The notes under the pieces: model-generated
The model's database searches: none
The model's input: only the letters and a program-made list of their open reading frames with translations
Told to the model about the DNA's origin: nothing
Part shown: positions 10,499-22,329 of the stretch, in pieces
Numbering within the stretch: position 1 is the first letter of the stretch
How the letters are laid out: each line of letters opens with the position of its first letter
Source: Octopus bimaculoides
Taxonomy: Eukaryota
Length of the DNA stretch: 61,428 nucleotides
Assembly: GCF_001194135.2 (NCBI RefSeq)
Contig: NC_068989.1
Location: forward strand, 37,015,305-37,076,732
Direction: 5' to 3'
Translations under genes and position numbers: made by a program

Positions 10499-10833
10499 AA
10501 CGTGGTTATGATAGAAAATATGAAGTAAAGTATATTAACCATGGCATGACATAAAAACATTACATACTGCTGCTTCTAAACACAGCTCGAAGAAGGGAAG
10601 ATCCCACATTTTATACACAACACTCAAATCGGTAACATAGTTCCAGCCGTATACTTTCTATACAATCTCTACCAATTACGCAGCACAACCTACACAACAA
10701 ATATACTACGCAGTTGTCAGCCAATATTAAAATCTAACTCAAGCCGATCAAACACTACACAACCACCACCCATTTTAGAGCATATATTCTTCACAACAAA
10801 CAAATACATTAATTAATATGAGAATCTTCAGGA

Positions 10834-11047
10834 TAGGGCGGCAAGCTAGCAGATTTTGCAAGCCGGGCAAAATACTTGGTGGCATTTCGTCCATCTTTAC
10901 GTTGGCAAGTTCAAATTCCACCGAGATCGACTTTGCCTTTTATCCTTTCGGGGTCGATAAAATAAGTATCATTTGAATACTGAGGTCAATGTAATCGACT
11001 TATCCCCTTCTCCAAACTTGCAGGCCTTGTGCCAAAATATGAAATCC
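10834..11047 (+). mobile_element. tRNA-derived SINE, family A
   Basis: ggcggcaagctagcaga...aagttcaaattccaccgagatcgactttgccttttatcctttcggggtcgataaaataag...ccttgtgccaaaatatgaaa. Confidence 0.9.
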
Positions 11048-14000
11048 CTAATTAATGAGAAACAACCCAAATTCCAACAACCTTGCTAATTAAATGTAAC
11101 AACATACAAATACTTTCCGGTTCTCCTAAATATGATACAACGCAGCCAGGATCTCAGATGTGTAATTCTTGTGCAAAATAATGTGCATGAAACAACCGAA
11201 AAGATAATAATTTCTTCTCCCTAGATACAGATTAAATTTTGTTGCAAAAAAATTATATCGGATTTGAAATACTACATTATTGATCCTAAATTTATGATGA
11301 TAAAAGAAATTGATCTTGATCTGAACTTCTTTACACGAGACTCAAAAATACGTACTATTAACCATTCAGTGCAGTGTTCATTCACCGTGACCACAGAAGC
11401 TGTACCGATGTCGTCTGTGACTATAGTCCATATGAGAGATTTAGTCTCGTTATAAAAGAGTTTTGGGCTTAAAACTAATGTTAAATAGAACAAACATAAT
11501 CATCAATCACAGAATGGCATTTTCGATTCTTGTTTGAATAATTATCAGGAATAATATTGCAGAGGTAGCATGCTCTCTTATTTAGTTGCAGACGATTTAT
11601 TGAATTCTCGTCTAAGTACTGACAATGTCGTCGGATTGACAATAAATCACTGGCCGAAATTACAAAAAGACATTTTGTTGTGTATGAATTAATAAATTCA
11701 GTGTAAGAAAACGTATTAAGTTAAAGTAGAAGGAATGTATACAAGCCAAAAGGAGAAATATAAGGAAATAAATAGATACGAGTCAGAAGGAATAGAAAGA
11801 GGAGTAGGTATGAAATGGACAGAAAAAAAGACGAAGAAAAGCAACACAGAACGAAAAGACGATTAGACGAGAGGAACGAAAACTCCAGTCAAGTCAGAAA
11901 CTGTCTAGAAATAAATAAATTTTAGATAAATGTTAGTTTACAGCTCTGAGATATAAAATCCTCCCAAATTAGAGGAGAAGGAAAAGAAAAAAAATGGTCA
12001 AGCAAATAAACAAGTCACATTGACAAAAGAAAGAAATACAATATAAACAGTGTCTTGGTACTTCCAGCAAAATTGTCCAACTAAATTTCTTTTGTTCTGT
12101 TTCTCTTCAGAAGCATTGTCTAACACATTTTGAGATATTCGCCAAACAACTATCTATTTCTAAACTCCAGTAGAATAAGGAAGAGAAATAAGAAAATAGA
12201 CGTGGCTTAGTTGCTGAGATTTTCGGTTAACGACTGATATTTGGTTCAATGTTGAAATTGTGAATAGAATTGGCAATTTACCATTAAGAAGATATATGTG
12301 AAGGGGAGAGGGAAGGAAACAGATAGAAAGAGAAAGAGATAGATAGATAAAGAGATAGATAGATAAAGAGATAGATAGATAAAGAGATAGATAGATAAAG
12401 AGAGAGAGAAAGAGAAAGAGAGAATGTCTTTAAATAAAGACCAATTCTAAAACGTCAGGAGGCTTTTGAATCAAATGAATTCAGCTGAAGTAATCCCTAA
12501 AAATGTAAATGTCTTCAAAGAACTAATTAAATATTCGAAGAACGAACGTGAATTCGTGCAAATGTCTACAAATAGAAATCGCTATTTGGATGGATTGAGT
12601 AAAGGACATGTATGTATATGTGTGTGTGTACGTATGTGTAATGTGTGTATATGTATCAATGTGTGTACGTGTGATGTGTGCTCACGCACGCACGCGTGTG
12701 AAAGGTGGGGAAGAGGATGGAAGTATCTAACTAAACTTAGAAATTGAATTTTAGGAGGAAATTTAATAAACAATCGATACCATCTAATTGGAAAGAATGG
12801 TGCGATGGAAGCAGAGTGAAGATGTGTAGCTTTCAGCTAAATAGTTGTCTGTTGCTTCATTAACGTAGGTAGATCACCGTACAATAGAAATGAACAAAAA
12901 CAACGGCGTGTTGGCTCAATAGAGTGTTGAACTACTACCAGCCGAACGATCGCCTAGACCGATGGAAATTACCTCGGGACACTAACAGCACGCAACACTT
13001 GAATGAGTATTAATTAATGTAGTGAGCAAAAAATTTCAATGAATTAAAACTATCTCTGCATTAAGGAGAGGTTAACATAAGCTGGGTGACTAATGTTAAA
13101 CAAAATCTGGACTGGGCAAAGAGGCGATAATTCCTAAATTTTAATTAATTTAAATTTCGAAATAGTCACATCTTGTCCTCAATATATTTCAATAGCATTA
13201 GCTACTGAGCCTATATACCATCTACTCATCGTAAATTTAATTATAACTAATTATGATATTTTTGCATTTGATTTGCAAGATTTTTGATATGGGAACGTGT
13301 GTTGAAATAGATTTTGTTGTATCTCGGGAGGTCATTATGCCAATAAAAGTACACGTACTAGTTCTGTTTCACTTCCTTTACCGGTATTCGTTAAATACTT
13401 AACCATCTAACCAATTAACTTAAAAATTGTCTGATTAATTCTTTGGTCAGTCAATCAAGCAGCTTGATTCGTTAGTCAGACCTGGAGTAGATAGGGCATG
13501 CCATTGATGAGGTCACAAATAGTGAGGAAAAAATTCTGACAAACCTAGCTGATTCATTGATTGATTAACTGAGCGATTAATCAAACAATTAATTTGTTAA
13601 ACGGTTAAATAGATGAGTGATTATAATACAAGGGGCAAAATAGAACTGATATGTGTGTTTCTATTGGGATAATAACTCTGCCAAGATAGAACATAATTAT
13701 GATATCTCCTAGTTAAATTTATTACACATTTATTTATCAAAATCTATGGTTAAACTACATACATTATACTGATGACGTTTATCCAGAAATAAATAAAAAT
13801 AGTGATTAGCTTAATCTCATACCTGATTCGGCCAACCTATTACCAATGCTGCTCCAACCGTAATCATCCTGTATTTTATGCTTACAGTATGTACATAAGG
13901 TAAATTCTTTTTTAATAGACAGGATACGACTTAGTGCAAAGTTAACTGCTTCGTCTAGTAATTCTAGTGACCACGTATAACCTATTTTACTGGTTTGTAT

Positions 14001-14428
14001 ATCTACTATATATAAATGTATAATGTAATTCCTTAGACTTCAACGGTTTCATGTAATGCCAGCAATCTTTAGTTAAGCAAAATAGATTAATCAAAGTTGT
14101 TCAAAAACAATCAATAATATATGAAAGTTTGTTGTTACCGGGATTATCAGTTTTCAAGGTTCTTTGGGCATGTCAATTATTCTATGAAATAATATGCACA
14201 ATTCATGGGAATTGTTAAGCATAAAATTCTTTCCCCAACAACTATGTATGCACAAAAAGATTCAGGTATACCAAAAGGAGTACCCAGCTAGGTGCAGGTG
14301 ACGTATCTTTCTATAAAGTATATAATACAGTAGGATAAAGGTGATCAAAGAGTAAATGTAGCGCTTACAATACACCCCCACACGCACACACATCACGACC
14401 TACCTACCTACCTACCTACTTATCCACC

Positions 14429-14435
14429 TACCTTC

Positions 14436-14515
<80 letters not shown>
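14429..14515. repeat. (TATC)n microsatellite
   Basis: Read directly. Confidence 0.98.
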
Positions 14516-16893
14516 TTGACTGTTGAAGTGTTTTTAACGAATGAATGGCAAGCCTTCAATATAAATTGTACATCATATAGAGCATATGGTTTATTCAAGC
14601 GAAATGTTTATCTTGTGACTCAAGTTTCGTGCTACACAATTCCTCAAGTGGGAACTGTTATAAGTCAGTTTGATGATGTATCATTCTTGTGTTTCATCAA
14701 CGGTTTGCGTTTTGCGTTTGCTGACTGGTTATTATTTTCTTGTGACACCATTGATTAATTATGTTGCAAGGGGTTTATTTTCTTATATCTGATGCTGAGT
14801 GAAGGAAGTGCTTTTAATATTTTGTTCTGGATTTATCTGTAGATCTAGTTAATGCTGTTTTTCGTCAAGTTTGTTTTGGTGCGATTTTTGTTCAAGCTTA
14901 TTTGTCAAAATATATTTTTCTTCGCACAGCGATTGTAAATACTGTTGTTACGGACGATACCAGGGAACTTTAATGATTTATTTGTGAGTTTAAAAATAAA
15001 TTACGGAGATATTTATTTATTGGAAGTATTTATGAAATTGTAAGTGGTATATCATGGCTGTGTTACTTTGGTGAGGTATGTAGAAAATGTTAAAGTTTGC
15101 TTATTTCACTAGGGGCATATGTCTTTAATTATATGTCCGTCATATATGTGTGTATGTATGTTTGTGCCTATATTTGTATCTATGTGTATGTATGCATGTG
15201 CCTATATTTGAGTGTGTGCTGTGGTCAGGGCTGTTTTTATTTTGTGTATTAAACGTCTGGTTTCCGTATGCTTGTTTATGCATTTGCATGCCATATTTTG
15301 TATATGGATGGTGGTTTGGTATAGCTTATTAATATTATTTATTAAGATAATTAAAGGTTTTTGTTTGTTTAATTCATGGAAGAATACGCATTTCTTGAAT
15401 TATATGTATCTAGGTGTGTTTGCTCATGCACATGTATATATGCATGTATGTGTGCACATGCATGTGTGTTGTGGTCGGTGATTCACTTTTTGATTGGACA
15501 AATCTCACGGTAAAATCTCTTACTGTAAGAATTGTGTAAAGTGAGACAGTACCTCTTTGCTTTGGAATGTAATCCAAGAGAGTGCAAAATGAAAACTACT
15601 CTGTGTATTCAGAGGCTCATCGAGAGCTCCACCTGCCTTTGGGACAGCAGCTAAAAGAACCTGTCCAGAAATATAAACGTGATGACTAGGGACCTTGGAA
15701 ACGATGGCCTGTGGCTTGTATAACTGTATAGGTAGCGAAGGAGTGACGCAAGGCGACATGTAGTCGGCTGAGATCAGGATCGATTTGCAAGTACTAATAA
15801 AAAACCGAATTCCATAAAAACAATGCGGATTCGTGCCCTGTTGAGGGCGCCTAGAAAAGAGATATGGGACTGAATATGCAGGACAAAAGTTCTTGTGATA
15901 CATCTAGTAATAAAAACCGCTTGAGTGAATTTTACCATGAAGAACTGAAAAGGCGAGAAAAACGGAGGAGAGGCAAAATCAAACGAGAACAGCTGACAAG
16001 TCTCAGCTCTTAGAGTTCCGTCGGTCACAGCTTTGGAAATGATGGCAAAGGTCACCTCACTTTCGGTCCTGGAAACAAGTGACTAATGATCTCACAGCCG
16101 CCTGTAGCATCCAGCAACACGATCGCCTTGTGAAAAGCGGGATGGTGTACAAGAAGAACAAATCATCTCTGAAAAAATAAAAAGAAATTCACGAGAAAAA
16201 TGGGTGTACTTCAATAAAAAATGTCGAGAAGTGTAAGGAGGCTTCAGTTTCTCATGATAATATCATGGAGTACACCGTAGAGTAACAGGCTAACGAAGAC
16301 GCAATAGATTCAGGTCACAAAGCGTCTTTCGAATTTATAAGCGTACTATTTTCAAAAACGTCATTTGAATATGTCAAAAAATAGCTTATTAATAAAATGT
16401 TCACCACTGCGCTGTCAGTAGTGAACCCCCACCATTCCAAACAAATAAATTCAAGTACGCTGGGATTTTTCTAAACCACCCAACCTCCAAATTAGTAAAC
16501 AGTGTATTTCGGTGCACCTGAACGCAATACGAGGAACAGCAGAAAAGGAAAGTTGTGATGTGCTCCAGTTCAATCAAACCAATGGAATCATACCGTCTAT
16601 AAGCAGGTAGCCACATATAATTTCCATGCTTTTTTAAATTTAAATTATATCTGGTTTTAATTACATTCGAATATACACGCCGTATATATTTTGCATATTT
16701 ATATCATTTCATATTTACTAAATGTTATCATTTTTTCTTATCTGTCACTCGAATAATGTCTCCACATTTGCGATGTTTTCCATAAAAATTGTCTAACTCT
16801 ACACGGTATTTTGTGAACCCCATGTTCTCTAACATTAATGATATTATATTGTATCTATTCGAGATATTATCGCTAACAAAGCAAAGATTGTCG

Positions 16894-16894
<1 letters not shown>

Positions 16895-16954
<60 letters not shown>

Positions 16955-17001
16955 TGTTGTTGTTGTTGTTGTTCTTCTTCTTCTTCTTCTTCTTCTTCTT
17001 C
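16895..17001. repeat. Compound (GTA)n(GTT)n(CTT)n microsatellite
   Basis: Read directly. Confidence 0.98.
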
Positions 17002-17290
17002 TCTCTCTTCTCAATATTTCTCAAAAAAGCAACCCTTACCGTTAGCCTGTTTCTTTGTCTCATTCATCTATTACCTTTTAAAAGCCACCAACTTTATCGA
17101 TCTATACAAATCAGAAACAAGCCATAAATTATATTTTAATTTTATGTTTAAAAATCTACAAAACTTTGTCAAAATCATAGACTTAACTTACCGATCTTTC
17201 CATAATAAATTTAATTCTCGATACATTCTTTACTTGCTTTCTTTCTTTCCTTCTTTCTCTCTTCTCTATTCTCCTCCTCTCTACTTTTAA

Positions 17291-17520
17291 CCTTTTGAAC
17301 CTGCGGATATGCTTTAGCGAGTGCGATATCGTTTGATTATACCCTTGGAAGATGTAAAAATGGGCGGACGCATGGTTTTATGTTTACAGCTGAAAATATC
17401 AATGTTTCTGCCAATTAGCGAGCAGTAAACAAAACTATTTGGCCGTCCACTTTAGCATCTTCCAGGGTGTACAGTCAAACGAAATCGCGCCTGCTAAAGC
17501 GTAATCGCAGGTTCAAAGGG
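17291..17520. mobile_element. piggyBac-like MITE (fold-back, ~230 bp)
   Basis: TTAA|ccttttgaacctgcg...cgcaggttcaaaggg|TTCA, with imperfect inverted arms of ~100 bp. Confidence 0.75.
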
Positions 17521-17931
17521 TTCAGGTTCTATCTCTACTTCCTTTCAACTTCATCTCTAAAAGAAAAACAAGATAAAAAAAAATCAATTGAAATTTGAAT
17601 AATACAGATGTGAAAGCAAAAAAAAAAAAAACCCAAAACAAATAAAACATTATTCCTACCTTATTAGGAATTTACCATTTCATTTCTTCTTCTCTCTTCC
17701 CCTTTGATAGTAACTTCTCCAAATTCGAACGTTATAAGAGAAAACCTTATTAAGAGTTTAAAAGTTCAACGTTTTCTCATTTCTAAACTAAATATTGAAC
17801 ATCTAACACTCTAATTTTACTTTCGTTTGAAAATATTGCGGAATTGAAGCATATTTCAGGTTGTAACGGAAAGTGTAATATACACGCATACAATCCTTCC
17901 ACATATATATGGATATTTGTATGTGTGTTTG

Positions 17932-18005
<74 letters not shown>

Positions 18006-18310
18006 TATATATGTATGTGTGTATGCGTGTGTGTGTATGCATATATGTATATATATAAATGTGTTCGTATATCTTTAATAGTAAAGTTGCATAACTGACA
18101 CAAAGGTAGAGCGTTTAGGGCATAACTCTTATCAAACATTCGGAAGTAGCTTGTACGAAACTGTCAGGCCCTGAGTCATCCGATTATGTATGCATGTATG
18201 TATGTATGTATGTATGTATGTATGTACGAATGTATGCATGTATGGATATCAAAGCAGAATCAAAGGTCCTTCCGCATTCTGTGGCGTATAAAATGTCCTT
18301 TCCCCTCCTG

Positions 18311-18429
18311 GAGGCCGGTCTGTCTCAGAATTACTCATTTTTGCCAGTTCTGTGGACTGGAGCAGCGTGAAATGAAGTGTTTCGTTCAAGAACGTAACGC
18401 ATCGCTCAGCCCAGGAATTAAAATCTCAG

Positions 18430-18430
<1 letters not shown>
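18311..18430 (-). mobile_element. SINE family C fragment
   Basis: actcatttttgccagttctgtggactggagcagcgtgaaatgaagtg matches the copy at 32810-32860. Confidence 0.75.
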
Positions 18431-18484
<54 letters not shown>

Positions 18485-18677
18485 GTCTGTCTGTCTGTCT
18501 GCCTGTCTGTCTACATATAAACTCATTTACGCACATATATATGCATAATATACACGCACATACATATAAGTAAATGTATGTATGTATGTATGTGAGTGTG
18601 AATGTCTGCTTGTAGGTGCATGTAACGTGCATGTAACATATATACGTATATATGTATATGTATATATTTATATGTAT

Positions 18678-18767
<90 letters not shown>

Positions 18768-19123
18768 TTTGTGTGCGTGTTGAATAATGCTAAAGCAAGT
18801 TTGGTACAGTTACCAGCAGGCACTTCTCAGATAAATCCGAAACTGAAAGTCTAACACCCACATCATTGTATATGAATAAATGAATGATATAAACAAGTCT
18901 TATCTTTACAGCTGTTCTGGATAAACAATGACTTATGCAATAACCACGTGTATTATGTAATGAGGTTCAATAATATTGGTGGCGTATGAATCAGCACAGA
19001 TTTTGAGACACTCTGATGCGAAATCGTGTAATCCCCATCAGAAGACTGTGACCGTTGACTGAACACTATTCAATTTTTTTTCTCCAATTTTTTTTCTCCG
19101 TGTTTTTCTCCTTGTCTCCGTAT

Positions 19124-19160
19124 TCTTTCTGTTGAAGAGCGTAGCTCGAAACGTCAAAGA
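19124..19160 (+). ncRNA. Minimal type I hammerhead-ribozyme-like motif
   Basis: TCTTT-CTGTTGA-A-GAGC-GTA-GCTC-GAAA-C-GTC-AAAGA gives a 5-bp stem I, a core with A6>U, a 4-bp stem II and a GUC site. A paralogue lies at 30325-30362. Activity is not shown. Confidence 0.55.
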
Positions 19161-19367
19161 CATCCTTTTGTTATTTACACCACCTGTCCTCGTCTGTTGT
19201 TATTATTTNNNNNNNNNNNNNNNNNNNNNNNNNNNNNNNNNNNNNNNNNNNNNNNNNNNNNNNNNNNNNNNNNNNNNNNNNNNNNNNNNNNNNNNNNNNN
19301 NNNNNNNNNNNNNNNNNNNNNNNNNNNNNNNNNNNNNNNNNNNNNNNNNNNNNNNNNNNNNNNNNNN

Positions 19368-19398
<31 letters not shown>

Positions 19399-19959
19399 AA
19401 TTCAACAAGCAACGAAATAAGAAGAGTGGAGAACATCGATGGAAAGATACGATGGAAGGATAATAGGGGTAGTGCTCAACTTAGTGATTAAAGGACGTCA
19501 GTTAACGACACTAAAAAAAAAAAAGAGATAAAATTGGCAATAAAAGAAGGAAAGTAGGCCAGATCAAAAGAAAGTCAGTGTCTAGCGAAGAAGAGATTAA
19601 AAGTGAGAAATAAGAAAGAAATTTGATGGGTGATCGATACAGATGCGCAAGTAGACGCATAGTATGCGGTAAATTATCGTCGGTCATGGAGAAAAGAAAA
19701 GAATGCAAAGAAGACGATAACGAGGTGTCCGTCGTACCGAGGACACGGGTGAGCAAAATTGGGGAGGGAAGAGATGTAAGGCGCGCTGGTGAGTGAAAGA
19801 AGAAAAACTTGAAAACCTTGCTTGGTGTTAAATTTAGAGGTACAACTGTACAACTGTAAAGGGGAGCGGAATCATTGTGGAGGGTAGAGTAGAAAGGCGT
19901 GCTTAATTAGTTCGGTTAGAACATAAAGACTTATGGTAATGAGAGAACATTTTAGTGTG

Positions 19960-20720
19960 TTTATGATAGCACATGGTAATTACATCAGCAAAGCGAATAA
20001 GGAAAGAGATCTCATTGTGACGTAATCTTCTGAGGTACGCGCGGCAATATAAATTACAAATCCTGAGCTTCCAATGTACGGAATTCCACTACTAAGTTTG
20101 AACCAGGAAACGTCGTTATAAGAATACCCTCAGCTTTATATGGTAAATGTGGGTGGCCAGGGAGGCAGATCGTTTTCTGCTAATATCTGAAAAAGAGCTT
20201 GTGCAAGATAACGGCGCTTAAAAACGATCGTTGTACCAATGTAAATTCTGGCGGAATGGTCCCATGCGATGGTAAAGGTATATTTAGATACAACGTTATA
20301 GCATAAATAATTACCCTTCAGAGGGCAAATATAAGGCACACTGACACGCATTACTAGCCGCATCGGGGTCTGTGAAGTTCGATTGTTAGTCCTGTGATTA
20401 ATATTATGAGTATTACTGACATCATTATTAGGAGCGAGGTATATATAGTTGATGACACATATATAATCATTGTTATTACACATACAGGTACACAAATTAT
20501 TATAGTTAAAAGTTGATGATATTCACACTAAGTGTATGATTGCTCGTATTACTAGTATTCAAGTTGCCATCGTTAATAGCAGTTTTAGCTACTGTATATG
20601 CGTTGCTAAAATTAATAGTAGGCTTTATATTCTGCATTACATTACGATATTCAGTTATATTTCCAACATGGGTGTTATGCCTAAAGAAACAGTGGAAACC
20701 TGTACAACATTCAGTAAAAA
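19960..20720 (-). mobile_element. Penelope-like element fragment (linker plus GIY-YIG endonuclease)
   Basis: ORF 20136..20495 contains CPLKGNYLCYNVVSKY...RIYIGTTIVFKRR, matching the CPL.G.CL..VVY...YIG.T..FK.R pattern. Confidence 0.7.
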
Positions 20721-20843
20721 TATACTCCTTTTATTTATCTGCCTCTTCTCTCGTTTCTCTATTTCTCTTGCTCTCTTCATGTACATACATACATACATAC
20801 ATACATATATACATACAAACATGCATACGTACATGTATACATA

Positions 20844-20879
<36 letters not shown>

Positions 20880-21745
20880 NNNNNNNNNNNNNNNNNNNNN
20901 NNNNNNNNNNNNNNNNNNNNNNNNNNNNNNNNNNNNNNNNNNNNNNNNNNNNNNNNNNNNNNNNNNNNNNNNNNNNNNNNNNNNNNNNNNNNNNNNNNNN
21001 NNNNNNNNNNNNNNNNNNNNNNNNNNNNNNNNNNNNNNNNNNNNNNNNNNNNNNNNNNNNNNNNNNNNNNNNNNNNNNNNNNNNNNNNNNNNNNNNNNNN
21101 NNNNNNATATATGTAATGAAAAATTATAGAGGTGAACTCATTTCAAGAAACAACAGCGTAGGGCTCAATTTATTGAGCGATTATATTATAGTATTAATTT
21201 GAAAGAGACAAGTTCCAAGGTCAATAATGCTCCTCATCAAAGCCCACATATATCTGAAATACAGAGCGCATATATAAGTCATTATAAGCATGCGAACACA
21301 TAACATACACAAACATAAATATTCATATAATAGTGTAATTCCGTGCCCAAATCAAAGTCGGATAAGTAAATGCATAAATACATACAAATAAATTAAGAAG
21401 TCCAAGGTGATGAGATAACAGTTCACAATAATTCAAAAGGGAAGTCCTCAAATGAATTCAATAGATAGAAAGAGTCTCACGGCCGTTTCCGGGAATGTGC
21501 GAAGAAGTGTGTAGTTAAGACCTTTTGAACTTCGGTAATCCACATTTCCTTCATCAGAGAATATGTACGGATTTAGAATTTTTATACAAAATCATAAGAT
21601 TATTCATGGGATTGTAAAAATATGTTTAAGAATAAGCAGTAATTATATACAAGTATAAAATTTTAAAAATTCCGAGATTCTATGTCGTTGGGCGAATGTT
21701 CATAGGGTACACTATGAACATTCGTTGGGTGAATGTGTGTGCGTG

Positions 21746-21797
<52 letters not shown>

Positions 21798-22329
21798 TGA
21801 GTTATAGTGTAATATGTCTGTATATAGAGGTTTCGGTGTATATGTCGATTTGTATGCGTTTGAGTGTATGTACATACATGTGTGCGTATGACTGAAGTGT
21901 ATGTGAGTGTAAAAGCAAATGCACGTGTGTCAGAACAGAATTGTGCCATCCCGATAGGCAAACCCTGGCCATGTATAATCAAGCAGAGATTATAGAGAGA
22001 TTTGGCTGCTATTTCCAGCAGCTAGAATGACCATGAAGAGGCTTCATAGTTCAGTGCATTAGTCTTTATTGATGTTATATAAAATAGTAATAATAAACAT
22101 GTGGTTACTCATCCACACTTTAAGTCATATAATTGCTCATACGGAACGTGTAAGCCATATACATAAGCACATGATTATGTACATGATGTATGTAAGCGTG
22201 CATACTTATATATACATTCATATATATGCTCATTATATGAATATGGATAGAAAGGTGCAATGTCAATTTTGATAGCTGCTCAGCTTTTTTTAATTTTTAC
22301 TACAGAAACCCATTTACATCATGTTTTTC

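Noticed and set aside
10430-10502. (CAG/CAA)n that looks like a polyglutamine exon
   Set aside because: It directly abuts a SINE head and TAA stops, and there is no splice context or extended ORF.
14530-15060. Faint PLE thumb/linker-like peptides on the minus strand
   Set aside because: There is no diagnostic motif (NPPY, YRDD), and it is too degraded to support.
16728-16872. Minus-strand frame after ttgctttgttag (…KYRVELDNFYGKHRKCGDIIRVTDKKK*), faintly fibrinogen-like
   Set aside because: Only a 4-5 residue resemblance, and no partner exons were found.
19625-19795. Short ORF ending at a perfect GTGAGT donor
   Set aside because: Purine-rich low-complexity sequence with no recognisable protein. 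Isolated donors are expected by chance.
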